64,000 nucleotides of DNA. Source: an uncultured Gemmatimonadales bacterium. Lineage in GTDB: Bacteria > Gemmatimonadota > Gemmatimonadetes > Gemmatimonadales > GWC2-71-9. Below are positions 1-10,193 of this stretch, one piece after another (positions within the stretch are counted from its first letter, which is position 1; each line of letters opens with the position of its first letter). Made by a program: the position numbers and the translations under genes. Below the pieces are notes generated by a model, which searched no databases, had not been told where the DNA came from, and worked only from the letters and a program-made list of their open reading frames with translations. Location of the stretch: assembly GCA_963844035.1 (NCBI GenBank), contig CAWJMT010000012.1:32001-96000 (forward strand). Reading direction: 5' to 3'.

Positions 1-144
1 CTGGTCGCGTTGAAGCTCGGGGACTACCGCAAGCTCGATCCCGGCCCGATCGAGGAGTTCATCTTCTTCGACCACCCAAGCGGGCGCGCCCGCATTCAGG
101 CCGCAATGAGATGGAAAGCGGAGCACCTGCATCCGGGCTCGTGA
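1..144 (+). CDS. C-terminal fragment of an M48 family (Ste24-like) metallopeptidase, cut by the window edge
   Basis: Frame 1 reads LVALKLGDYRKLDPGPIEEFIFFDHPSGRARIQAAMRWKAEHLHPGS*. FFDHPS..RI matches the M48 C-terminal HP motif. Confidence 0.7.
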   Translation: MVALKLGDYRKLDPGPIEEFIFFDHPSGRARIQAAMRWKAEHLHPGS

Positions 145-221
145 CCCGGGGAATACGCCCTAAGGTCCCGCCCGTGACGCATCGCACAGCGGCGCTGGCG
201 CGGGGGCGAGTAAAATGGTGC

Positions 222-578
222 ATGGCTGGTAAGCGCTGGGCACGGTTACGGGTTGACTTGGACCTGCCCATGCGACGGGGCGCTTGGTACCGCGTTCGCG
301 ATCTCAGCCCCCTGGAAGCAGTTATCGAAATCAACCACACCACCCTCCCGGTCCCATCCGCGTTCCTCGATCTGGCCGACGTTCCACCCCGCCGTTGGGC
401 CGTCGTGCCCCGGCCGGAAGGGGCGATCCGCATCCCGGACAGCTGGACGCGCTACGGGGTCTGCCCGAGCTGCCGGGAGCGAGTGCAACTGACACGCAAG
501 CCCAGTGCGATGCAATGTCCGCGCTGTAATAGCATATTCGAGGTCGGCTGGGACGAACCCTTCGATCCAGGTCTCTGA
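222..578 (+). CDS. Hypothetical protein with C-terminal zinc ribbon (paralog 1)
   Basis: MAGKRWARL...RRGAWYRV...CPSCRER...CPRC. The start is chosen by alignment with the adjacent paralog. Confidence 0.7.
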   Translation: MAGKRWARLRVDLDLPMRRGAWYRVRDLSPLEAVIEINHTTLPVPSAFLDLADVPPRRWAVVPRPEGAIRIPDSWTRYGVCPSCRERVQLTRKPSAMQCPRCNSIFEVGWDEPFDPGL

Positions 579-603
579 AACAGACGTTTTCGGAGGATCT
601 CGC

Positions 604-965
604 ATGACGGGAATTCAATGGGCGCGGCTGTCCGCCGATGTGGACTGCTCGTTGCGCCGTGGCGCCTGGTACCGGGTGACCGCCGTCGGGGGTCTGCAGT
701 CGACGGTCGAAGTAGGGCGTAAGCCCCAGTCCGTCCCGAGCTATCTGCTGCAAATCGTCACCGCTCCGCCGCGGCGCTGGACCGTGGTGCCGCGCCCTGA
801 CAGCGCGGTGCGCATGCCCCGCGAGTGGGGAAGCAGTACGCCGTGTGCCCCAGCTGCCGCGAGCGCGCCGCGCTCCCCCCCAAGGGTCGTGCCCGCACCC
901 TGACCTGCGATCGCTGCCGTGGGGACTTTGAAGTCAACTGGGCCGAGGGCTACCTCGCGCCTTGA
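604..965 (+). CDS. Hypothetical protein with C-terminal zinc ribbon (paralog 2, frameshift near 830)
   Basis: GGAGG RBS at ~593. MTGIQWARL...RRGAWYRV, then in a shifted frame YAVCPSCRER...CDRC...FEVNW...*. Confidence 0.7.
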
Positions 966-1093
966 TGGATCCCCGGGCTGACGCCCGGGGCCAGTTGTAA
1001 CCTTTTCTCGCTCCCACCCGTCATGTCCCTCGCAACCCGGGGGAACCGCCGTCTCCGGCGCGCAAATCAGCACATCGGCAGACAGGAGCGAGA

Positions 1094-1409
1094 ATGCGCG
1101 TCCACGCAGTGCTACTGGGATTGTTGGTGACCGCCGGCTCCGCCTACGTCGCCCAGCTCGCAGTCGCTTCCGCTGGGTTTGAGCGCGTGAGCGCCCCGTC
1201 CCCCACAGGGCGGGGATATGCTGGGGCCAGGCGAGCTCTGGTATGGCGGAGTGATCGAGCCCGTGACCGTCGAGGCGATGCGCGTGGCCAGCCCGGCCGT
1301 CGCGGTCGCGGCTCGTCAGGCGTCAGCGAGTGAGTGTCTCCGCCTCGCGCACCCCCACCCGCCGCCGCCCCGCTCGCGCATGCGACCGGACGTCGGATGG
1401 ACTCGATGA
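1094..1409 (+). CDS. Small hypothetical exported protein (probable frameshift near 1215)
   Basis: AGGAG RBS and a signal-peptide-like N-terminus. It continues in the 1218..1409 frame (ELWYGGVIEPVTVEA). Confidence 0.4.
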
Positions 1410-1438
1410 TGTAACGGCGGGCGCTTAGCTTCCATGCC

Positions 1439-2277
1439 GTGCGTCCCTCGACACTCGGCATCATTGGACTCGGCGCGATCGGCGGCTCGGTCGCGCGGCA
1501 GGCGAAGCAGGCCGGCATAGCACGGTGCTCGGGTGGTCGCCCGATCGAGCGGAGCGCACCGCCGCCCTCGAGCAGCGAGCGATCGATCAAGCGCCGGCCG
1601 ATGCGGCCGGCGTGGCGCGCGCGGCCGACCTGCTCGTGCTCGCCGCCCCGCCCGCCGCCAACCTCCAGCTGCTCGAAACACTCCACCCCCTGCTGCGCCC
1701 CGACGCGCTTGTCACCGACGTCGGCTCCGTGAAGCGCGGCATCGTCGCGCGCGCCGAGGCGCTAGGGCTAGGCGCACGATTCGCCGGGAGTCATCCCCTC
1801 GCCGGCACTCACGATCACGGCTTCGAGGCGTCGCGCGGCAACCTGTTCGCCGGCGCGATCGTGTACGTCACGCCGGCCCGCGGTGGTGAACGGGCCGCCC
1901 GGGACGTGGGCCATTTCTGGGAAACGGTGCTCGGCGCTCGCGCGGTGGCCATCGACGCCGCGGCGCACGATGCCCAGATGGCGGTGACGAGCCACCTGCC
2001 GCAGGTGGTCGCGTCGCTGCTCGGCTACTACCTCGCCGCGCACGCCGCCGGCGCCACACTCGGTCCCGGCGCCAAAGACACCACCCGCCTCGCCGCGAGC
2101 GAGCCGGGCCTCTGGACGGAAATCCTGCTGATGAATCGTGACGTGCTGCTTCCGGCACTCCGATCGCTGGAGGAGCCCCTGGGAGAACTCTCGCGCGCCC
2201 TCGAACAGGGCGATGCGGCGACCGTGACCGCCTGGCTGGCGCGCGGCTCCGATTGGCGCCGGACGATCGGTCCATGA
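1439..2277 (+). CDS. tyrA: Prephenate dehydrogenase (frameshift near 1525)
   Basis: GIIGLGAIGGS Rossmann motif, TDVGSVK, GSHPLAG, HD...SHLPQ, DTTRLAAS. Confidence 0.9.
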
Positions 2278-3545
2278 AGGTCCGGGGCAGCGTCCGGCCG
2301 CCGGGCGACAAGAGTATTTCCCATCGCGCGTTGCTCGTGGGTTCGCTGGCACAGGGCAAAGGGGTGAGCCAGTTCACCGGCCTGCTCACCGGCGAAGACG
2401 TGAAGAGCACGGCGCGCGTGCTGCGGCAGCTCGGGGCGACGATCAGCCCCGTGCGCGAGGGCGCGGTGGTGACGGTCCGCGCCAAGAAATTCAGCCGGGC
2501 GCGAGGGGACCTCGACTGCGGCAATTCCGGCACCACCGCGCGGCTGCTGCTCGGCGTGCTGGCGGGGCAGCCGTTCCGCGCGCGCCTCACCGGCGACGCT
2601 TCGCTGCGGCGCCGGCCGATGCGGCGGGTGACCGAGCCGCTCAAGGCGATGGGGGCGGAAATAGAAGAGGAAGTGGCCAACGCGCTGCCGCTCACGATCC
2701 GGGGCGGGGCGCTGCGGCCGCTCACCTACACCACCCCGGTGGCGAGCGCGCAGATCAAGAGCGCGCTGCTCCTCGCGGGGCTCACGGGCCAGGTGCGTGT
2801 CACGCTGCGCGAGCCCTACCTCTCGCGCGACCACACTGAGCGCATGTTCGTGCATCTCGGCCTCAGTCTCCATTTGCGCGACGGCGCGATCGTGTACGAG
2901 CCGACGCCGCACACGAGCATCGCGCCGTTCCGGCTTGCCGTGCCGGCTGACCCCTCGTCGGCGGCATTTCTGGTGGCGACAGCCGTGCTCGCCGAGGGCG
3001 GCGAGCTGCTGGTCGAACAGGTAGGGGTGAACCCGACCCGCACCGGATTTCTGGTCGTGCTCGAGCGCATGGGCGCGCACGTCGAGCGTGTGAACCTGCG
3101 CGACGAGGGCGGCGAGCCGGTGGCCGATCTGCTCGTCCGCCCGGCGACAGCGTTGCGGGGCACCGTGGTGGCCGCACCCGAAATTCCCACGCTCGTGGAC
3201 GAGGTCCCGATCCTGGCGGTGGTGGCGAGCCGCGCCGTGGGTGAGACGGTGTTTCGCGATGTGGGCGAGCTGCGCGTGAAGGAGAGCGACCGCCTCGAGC
3301 TGATCGCGAGCAACCTGCGAGCCGTGGGTGTCGAGGCCGAAGCGCGCGGCAACGATCTGCACGTGCAGGGCAGCAATGCGCCGCCGCGCGGCCGGGTCGA
3401 GACGGCACTCGATCACCGTCTCGCGATGGCGTTCGCGGTTCTTGGCACGCTGCCGGGGGCGGACGTGCGCCTCTCGGAGCGGGCCTCGGTGGCCATCAGC
3501 TATCCCGGCTTCTTCGCGGACTTGCGGAGGATTCGGGCAACGTGA
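2274..3545 (+). CDS. aroA: 3-phosphoshikimate 1-carboxyvinyltransferase
   Basis: PGDKSISHR, DCGNSGTT, SAQIKS, LRVKESDR, DHRLAM. ATGA overlap with tyrA. Confidence 0.97.
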   Translation: MKVRGSVRPPGDKSISHRALLVGSLAQGKGVSQFTGLLTGEDVKSTARVLRQLGATISPVREGAVVTVRAKKFSRARGDLDCGNSGTTARLLLGVLAGQPFRARLTGDASLRRRPMRRVTEPLKAMGAEIEEEVANALPLTIRGGALRPLTYTTPVASAQIKSALLLAGLTGQVRVTLREPYLSRDHTERMFVHLGLSLHLRDGAIVYEPTPHTSIAPFRLAVPADPSSAAFLVATAVLAEGGELLVEQVGVNPTRTGFLVVLERMGAHVERVNLRDEGGEPVADLLVRPATALRGTVVAAPEIPTLVDEVPILAVVASRAVGETVFRDVGELRVKESDRLELIASNLRAVGVEAEARGNDLHVQGSNAPPRGRVETALDHRLAMAFAVLGTLPGADVRLSERASVAISYPGFFADLRRIRAT

Positions 3546-4243
3546 TTCCGCGCGTCATTGCGATCGATGGGCCAGCCGCGTCAGGGAAATCATCGACCGC
3601 GGCGGCGGTGGCGCGTCAGCTGGGGTGGGGACATTTCGACTCGGGAGCGTTGTACCGGGCAATTACTCTGGCAGCGCTCGACAACTTGGGGGAAGCGGGA
3701 AGGGGGAAGGGGGACGAGTGGTCGCCGCAGCGGATTTTGGCGCTCGCGGAAGACCTCCCGGTACGGCTGGTGCTGGTGAACGATGTGTTCAGGCCCGAGA
3801 TCGCGGGCGTGGACGTCGCGAAGGCGATTCGTGCGGAGCGGGTGACCGAGCGGGTCTCCGGGGTAGCCGCGGTGCCGCAGGTGCGCGCCTGGGTGAACGC
3901 CCGTCAGCGCCAGGCCGTCCTCGATCATCCCCGCGGCGTGGTGGTGGACGGCCGCGACATCGGCACGGTGGTGTTTCCCGACGCTCCGCTCAAGGTGTTT
4001 CTCACCGCCAGTCCGGAAGAGCGGGCGCGGCGCCGGCTGCTGCAACGCCGGGAGCCGGTCAACCCGGCGGACGTGCAGCGGGAGGCGGCGATCCTCGCGG
4101 AACGGGATCGCGCCGACTCGACGCGCGCTGTGGCACCCCTCAAACCCGCCGCCGACGCTGTGGGTCTGGACACGACTTCGATGGACCAAGCCCAACAGGT
4201 GAGCCACGTTGTGGCGCTGGCGCGCGACCGCCTCCCCGGCTAG
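3542..4243 (+). CDS. cmk: Cytidylate kinase
   Basis: IAIDGPAASGKSS, DSGALYRA, DGRDIGTVVFPDA. Confidence 0.96.
   Translation: MIPRVIAIDGPAASGKSSTAAAVARQLGWGHFDSGALYRAITLAALDNLGEAGRGKGDEWSPQRILALAEDLPVRLVLVNDVFRPEIAGVDVAKAIRAERVTERVSGVAAVPQVRAWVNARQRQAVLDHPRGVVVDGRDIGTVVFPDAPLKVFLTASPEERARRRLLQRREPVNPADVQREAAILAERDRADSTRAVAPLKPAADAVGLDTTSMDQAQQVSHVVALARDRLPG
3690..3717 (+). repeat. 4 x 7-bp GGGA(A/C)GN array inside cmk
   Basis: GGGAAGC GGGAAGG GGGAAGG GGGACGA. Confidence 0.8.
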
Positions 4244-4315
4244 GTTCACAAGTTCCGCCACGAGCAAGGTGTTCGCGGCACATGTCCAAACCCACAACCG
4301 GAGCAGTGCAACTGC

Positions 4316-6058
4316 ATGTTGGTAGACACCCAGGACCTCGAGGATAAATCCGAGGGTCCTTCCAAGCCGGTCCCCCATTCCCCCCTGCGTGTTCGTTCCG
4401 ATCTCAACGAGGAGTACTCGGCCGACGAAATCGCCAGAATGACGGATCTGTACGAGGGAACCCTCTCGAACATCCAAGAAGGCGAAATCGTCAAGTCCAA
4501 AGTGCTGCGGGTGACCGACACCGCGGTCATTCTGGATGTGGGATTCAAGTCCGAAGGCGCCGTAGCGATCGACGAGTTCAAGGATCCCCACAGCCTGAAG
4601 GAAGGCGACATCGTCGAAGTCTTCCTCGAGCACCTCGAGGATCAGGAAGGGGCGGTCGTCCTCTCGAAGAAAAAAGCCGACTTCATGCGGGTGTGGGAAC
4701 GCATTCGCGAAGCGCACGAGAAGGACGAGGGCGTCAGCGGGACGCTGGTGAAGAAGATCAAGGGCGGCGTGGTCGTGGATCTGATGGGGGTGGACGCATT
4801 CCTCCCGGGCAGCCAGATCGCGCTCCGGCGGGTGCCGAACATCGACGAGCTGCTGGGGCAGAGCTTCGAGTTCAAGATCATCAAGCTCAACAAGCGGCGC
4901 CGCAACATCGTCGTGAGCCGCCGCGTGCTGCTCGAGGCCGAGCGCAAGACCAAGCGCGACGTCCTGATGAAGGAGCTGCAGGTCGGCCAGGTGCGCAAAG
5001 GCGTCGTCAAGAACATCACCGACTTCGGCGCCTTCATCGATCTGGGCGGCGTGGACGGACTGCTGCACATCACCGACATGAGCTACGGCCGCGTGTCCCA
5101 TCCGTCGGAGATGGTTCACATCGGCCACGAGCTCGAGGTGAAGGTGCTCGACATCGATTGGGAGCGCGAGCGCATCAGCCTGGGGTTGAAGCAGCTCCAG
5201 GCGTACCCGTGGAAGAACGTCGCCGCCAAGTATCCGGTCGGCACGCGGGTCCAGGGGAAGGTCGTGTCGATCACGAACTACGGCGCGTTTGTGGAGCTCG
5301 AGCCCGGGATCGAGGGCCTGGTGCACATTTCGGAGATGAGCTGGACGCGCAACGTGCGCCATCCGTCGAAGATCGTGTCGATCGGCGAGACGATCGAGGC
5401 GGTCGTGCTCAAGGTGGACGAGACCGAGGAGAAGGTCTCGCTCGGCATGAAGCAGACCGAGGAAGATCCGTGGATGGCGTTGCCGCAGAAGTATCCGGTG
5501 GGCACGCGCATCAACGGCAAGGTGCGCAACCTCACCTCGTTCGGCGCCTTCGTCGAAATCGAGCCGGGGATCGACGGGCTGATCCACATCTCGGACATGT
5601 CCTGGACCAAGCGGGTGCAGCACCCCTCGGAGCTCGTGAAAAAGGGCGACGAGGTGGACGTGCTGATCCTCAACGTCGATGCCGAGAACAAGCGCATCTC
5701 GCTCGGCCTCAAGCAGGCCGACGAAGACCCGTGGCTCAAGATCGGTGAGACCTATCCGGTCGGCACCGAGCTGCGCGGCCGCGTGGTACGCCTGATGGAC
5801 AAGGGCGCCGTCGTGGATCTGGGGAACGACATCGAAGGGTTCATCCCGATGTCGCAGTTCGGCATCCCCGACGTTCAGAATCCGGCGGATGCGGTCAAGG
5901 AAGGGCAGGCGGTCGAAATGAAGGTCCTGGAGGTGGACCCCATCCACCATCGGATCGTGATGGCGGCTACCTCGTGGCCCGAGGGTGACATTATTCCCCC
6001 GACGCCGTTGCCGCCGCCGCCGCCGGATGACAAACCCGAAGTAGAGCGCGGACCGTAG
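4316..6058 (+). CDS. rpsA: 30S ribosomal protein S1
   Basis: Repeated S1 domains (VKNITDFGAFIDLGGVDGLLHITDMS). Downstream of cmk, GGAG RBS. Confidence 0.98.
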   Translation: MLVDTQDLEDKSEGPSKPVPHSPLRVRSDLNEEYSADEIARMTDLYEGTLSNIQEGEIVKSKVLRVTDTAVILDVGFKSEGAVAIDEFKDPHSLKEGDIVEVFLEHLEDQEGAVVLSKKKADFMRVWERIREAHEKDEGVSGTLVKKIKGGVVVDLMGVDAFLPGSQIALRRVPNIDELLGQSFEFKIIKLNKRRRNIVVSRRVLLEAERKTKRDVLMKELQVGQVRKGVVKNITDFGAFIDLGGVDGLLHITDMSYGRVSHPSEMVHIGHELEVKVLDIDWERERISLGLKQLQAYPWKNVAAKYPVGTRVQGKVVSITNYGAFVELEPGIEGLVHISEMSWTRNVRHPSKIVSIGETIEAVVLKVDETEEKVSLGMKQTEEDPWMALPQKYPVGTRINGKVRNLTSFGAFVEIEPGIDGLIHISDMSWTKRVQHPSELVKKGDEVDVLILNVDAENKRISLGLKQADEDPWLKIGETYPVGTELRGRVVRLMDKGAVVDLGNDIEGFIPMSQFGIPDVQNPADAVKEGQAVEMKVLEVDPIHHRIVMAATSWPEGDIIPPTPLPPPPPDDKPEVERGP

Positions 6059-6060
6059 GC

Positions 6061-6198
6061 TAGACGCACAGACGCATAGACGCACAGACGGTGAATAGCG
6101 AAAGGGGGACAGGACAGGTCTGTCCCCCTTTCTTACTGTTTACCACTATGCGTCTATGCGCCTATGCGTCTGCCTATGCGCCTGTGCGTCTATGCCCC
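6061..6198. repeat. Inverted pair of 8-bp tandem arrays (YAGACGCA / TRTGCGYC) around the rpsA terminator
   Basis: TAGACGCA CAGACGCA TAGACGCA CAGACG at 6061-6090. TATGCGTC TATGCGCC TATGCGTC ... TGTGCGTC at 6147-6198. Confidence 0.9.
6100..6141 (+). terminator. Intrinsic terminator after rpsA
   Basis: Perfect 13-bp stem GAAAGGGGGACAG / CTGTCCCCCTTTC followed by TTACTGTTT. Confidence 0.8.
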
Positions 6199-6213
6199 TA
6201 GATTCTGTCCACT

Positions 6214-7738
6214 ATGACAATGCGTGAGAAAGCTCGAACTCCTACAGCAGAAGCGCGCCGAGTCCGAGCTCGGCGGCGGTCCCGAGCGAATCCAGGCCCA
6301 GCACGACAAGAAAAAAATGACCGCGCGCGAGCGGCTCGACGCGCTGGTCGATCCCGGCTCGTTCGTCGAGCTTGACCGGTTCGTGACGCACCGCTCGAGC
6401 GACTTCGGGCTGGCCGACGAGCAGTACCTGGGCGACGGCGTCGTGACCGGCCACGGCACTATCGACGGGCGGCCGGTCTTCGTGTTTGCCCAGGATTTCA
6501 CCGTGTTCGGCGGCTCGCTCTCCGAGACCAACGCGGAAAAGATCTGCAAGGTGATGGACCTGGCGGTCAAGACCGGGGCGCCGATCATCGGCTTGAACGA
6601 CTCGGGCGGCGCGCGGATCCAGGAAGGGGTCGCCTCGCTGGGCGGCTACGCCGACATTTTCCTGCGCAACACGCTTGCCTCGGGCGTGGTCCCGCAGATC
6701 AGCGCGATCCTCGGGCCCTGCGCGGGCGGCGCGGTGTACAGCCCCGCGATCACCGATTTCGTGTTCATGGTGCGCGGGGTGTCGTACATGTTTGTGACCG
6801 GCCCGAACGTCGTGAAGACCGTCACCCACGAAGACGTGGATTTCGAGAGCCTGGGGGGCGCTGACGTCCATGGCATCACCTCCGGGATCGCGCACTTCGT
6901 GCACGATTCAGAGCTCGAGTCCCTGGCGGCGATCCGCACGCTGCTGTCGTACCTGCCGTCCAACAACCTCGACGCCCCGCCCGTGATCCCGAGCGGCGAC
7001 CCGGCCGACCGGCGGGACGAAGAGCTGCTCGACGTAATCCCCGACAACCCGACCCAGGCCTACGACATGCATGACGTGATCCGCCGCGTGGTGGACCGGG
7101 GCGTGTTTTTCGAGGTGCAGCGGGACTTCGGGGGCAACCTGCTGGTCGGCTTCGCGCGCCTGGGCGGCCGTCCGGTCGGCATCATCGCCAACCAGCCCGC
7201 GACCCTGGCCGGCGTGCTCGACTCGAACGCCTCGGTCAAGGGCGCGCGCTTCATCCGCCTGTGCGACGCGTTCAACGTGCCGCTCGTCACCTTCGAGGAT
7301 GTCCCGGGCTTCCTCCCTGGGGTTGCCCAGGAGCACGGCGGGATCATCAAGCACGGCGCCAAGCTGCTCTACGCCTATTGCGAAGCCACCGTCCCCAAGC
7401 TGACGGTCATCACCCGCAAGGCATACGGCGGCGCGTACGACGTGATGAGCTCGAAGCACATCCGCGGCGACTACAACCTCGCGTGGCCCACCGCCGAGAT
7501 CGCGGTCATGGGGCCGAAGGGCGCGGTGGAAATCCTCGACAAGGGCGAAGCCACCGAGCAGAGCGAAGCGGAGTATCGGGAGAAGTTCGCCCACCCCTAC
7601 CTGGCGGCCGCCCGCGGCTTCCTGGACGACATCATCGACCCGCGCGACACGCGGCCGCGGCTGATCGCCGCGCTCGCGACGCTGGCGTCCAAACGCGACC
7701 GGAATCCTCCCAAGAAGCATGGCAACATTCCTCTGTAG
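6214..7738 (+). CDS. pccB: Acyl-CoA (propionyl/methylmalonyl-CoA) carboxylase carboxyltransferase beta subunit
   Basis: [46 protein letters not shown]. The true start MTMRE is separated by an apparent +1 A near 6230. Confidence 0.9.
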
Positions 7739-8662
7739 GGTGCTGCTCGCCGCAGTGCTCGCTCAGGGGACGGAAGCGCCTCCGCGCGACTCTGGCGTAG
7801 CGCCGCGGGCGGCGGTACGCCGGAGCCCGGTGACGGGCCCGGCTGGGCGGCGCTGGGCCGGAGCTACGTCGAGCTGGTCGTGGCCGATCGCGCGGTGCAA
7901 CCGCGCCGCGATACCGTCTGGACCCTCGCGGTACTCGACAGCGCGGACCGGGCGCTGGCGCGCGCGGCGTCGCTGCTGGGTGCGCCCGGATTGAGCCCGG
8001 AGGGGGACAGCGCGCGCGTACTGCGCGTACAGGCGTGGAGCGAGCGCGCGGTGCTCGCGTGGGAGCGCGGCGGGGTCGCCCGGGGCATCGATGCGTGGAG
8101 CCCGGTGCCCGCCGACTTACGCCTCTCGCCGGTGCTCGAGGAGCTGGGCGAAAATCTGTTGCGCGCCTGTCCCACGCACGGCGTGCTGCTGACGGCCACG
8201 GCCGCGGATTCCTACGCCGCCTGGTTCATGCGCTACGCCAGAGGCTTGCGGACGGACCTCATCGTCGTGCCGCTCAGCGTGTGGCGCGGTGACTCCGTGT
8301 TTCGCGTGCGCGCCGCGGCGGACCTGAAGCTCGGCACGGCGGGGCGCGGGGACGGGTGGCTGGCCGCATTGATCGAGCGCCGCCCGGCGTGCGCCACGAT
8401 GGCGTTCGAGCGGCCGCCCGACTGGCGGCCCCGCGTGAGCTGGGCCACCCGGCCGCTCGTGTGGGTGGCAGGCCGGCCGCCCAGCGACGACCGCGTGCCC
8501 CCGCGGGACTTCGTCTTTGCCGCGCTCTCGATGGCACTCGACGACCACGACCCCTGGGCCAGGAGCGCCCTGGCGGTGTACGCCCGCGCCGCCCGCGCCA
8601 CGCCGGCGCTGTGCGAGCCCCTGGGCGCATTCAAGATTCCCGATACCGGCTGCCGGCGATGA
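7719..8662 (+). CDS. Hypothetical exported protein (frameshift near 7830-7870)
   Basis: Signal-like N-terminus in the 7719 frame joined to the 7880..8662 ORF. It fills the operon gap. Confidence 0.55.
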
Positions 8663-8679
8663 AACGGCGGCTCTGACCA

Positions 8680-10193
8680 ATGATTGATTTCACCCGAGTG
8701 CTGGTCGCGAACCGCGGCGAGATCGCGCTCCGCATCATCCGCGCCTGCCACGAGGAGGGCCTCGAGGCGGTGGCGGTCTATTCCGAGGCCGACCGCTTGT
8801 CTCCGCACGTGCGCGCGGCCGACCGCGCCGTGCCCATCGGTCCCGCGCCCGCGATTGACTCGTACCTGAACATCGGGGCGCTGCTCGAAGCCGCCCGCGC
8901 CACCGGCTGCGAAGCGGTGCATCCCGGCTACGGGTTCCTCTCGGAGCGGGCGCCGTTCGCGGAGGCCGTGGAGCGGGCCGGTCTGGTGTTTGTCGGGCCG
9001 TCGCCCGAGGCGATGCGCGCCATGGGCGACAAGACCGAAGCGCGGCGGCGCATGCAGGCCGCCGGCGTGCCGATCGTGCCGGGCTCCACCCAACCCGTCA
9101 GCGACCTGCATCAGGCCGGCGTTCAGGCGGGGCGGATCGGATTTCCGGTGCTGCTCAAGGCGGCGGCCGGCGGCGGCGGCAAGGGGATGCGTCTGGTGCG
9201 CGACGCCGCGGAGCTCGCATCGGCATTCGAGGCGGCGCGCAGCGAAAGCCTGAAGGCGTTCGGCGCCGACGACGTCTACATCGAGAAATATCTGGAGGCC
9301 CCGCGGCACATCGAGGTCCAGGTGTTGGCCGACACGCACGGCCGGATCATCTCGCTGGGCGAGCGGGAGTGCAGCGTCCAGCGCCGCTACCAGAAGCTGA
9401 TCGAGGAAGCGCCGTCGGTGGCCGTGTCGCCGGCTCTGCGCCGCCGTTTGGGCGAAGCGGCCACCGCGGCCGCGGGGTCGGTCGGCTACGTCGGCGCGGG
9501 CACGATCGAGTTCCTGCTGACGGCGAACGGCACCTTCTATTTCCTCGAGATGAACACCCGCATCCAGGTCGAGCACCCCGTCACCGAGCTCGTGTACGGC
9601 GTCGACCTGGTGCGCGAGCAGCTGCGGATCGCCGCCGGCAAGCCGATGCGGGTCCATGCGGGGACTCTCAATCCGCGCGGCCACGCGATCGAATGCCGCA
9701 TCACGGCCGAAGACCCGTTCAACGATTTCCTCCCGGCGACCGGGGTGATCCAGTACCTGCGCGTGCCGGGCGGTGCGGGAGTGCGTTGGGACGGCGGCGT
9801 GGAGTCGGGGCAGGAGATCACGCCTGTACTACGATCCGCTGCTCGGGAAGCTGATCGTGTGGGCGGAATCCCGCGAAGTGGCGATCCGGCGCATGGTGCG
9901 GGCGCTGCGCGAGCTGGTGATCGTGGGCCTGCCGACGTCGCAGCCGTTTCACCTCCTGGTGATGGACGATCCCGGGTTTCAACGCGGGGAGCTCGACATC
10001 ACCTACCTCGACCGCTTTGGGCTGGGGCACCTGCCGCAGGGCACGCGGGAGGAGCTGGTCCGTCCCGCTCGCGGTGGTCGCCGCGCTGCTGGCTGAGGAG
10101 CGCCGCACGGAAACTCGCTCGACGACCGCCCGACCGCCCGACCGCCTGTCCGCCTGGGTTGTTGAGGGGCTGCGGGAAGGTTTGCGCGAATGA
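8680..10193 (+). CDS. accC: Biotin carboxylase subunit (frameshifts near 9825 and 10060)
   Basis: VLVANRGEIALR, HPGYGFLSE, GGGGKGMR, EMNTRIQVEHPVTE, YYDPLLGKLI. Ends ...GLRE* overlapping the next ATG. Confidence 0.93.
10124..10155 (+). repeat. 4 x 8-bp GACCGCCY array in the accC 3' end
   Basis: GACCGCCC GACCGCCC GACCGCCT GTCCGCCT. Confidence 0.75.

Noticed and set aside
3590..6085. Long antisense ORFs opposite rpsA, pnp, purL and others
   Set aside because: These are shadow ORFs expected from high-GC codon bias and have no recognisable motifs.
6061..6198. Short repeat arrays as CRISPR
   Set aside because: The units are 7-8 bp and contiguous, there are no unique spacers, and no cas genes are present.
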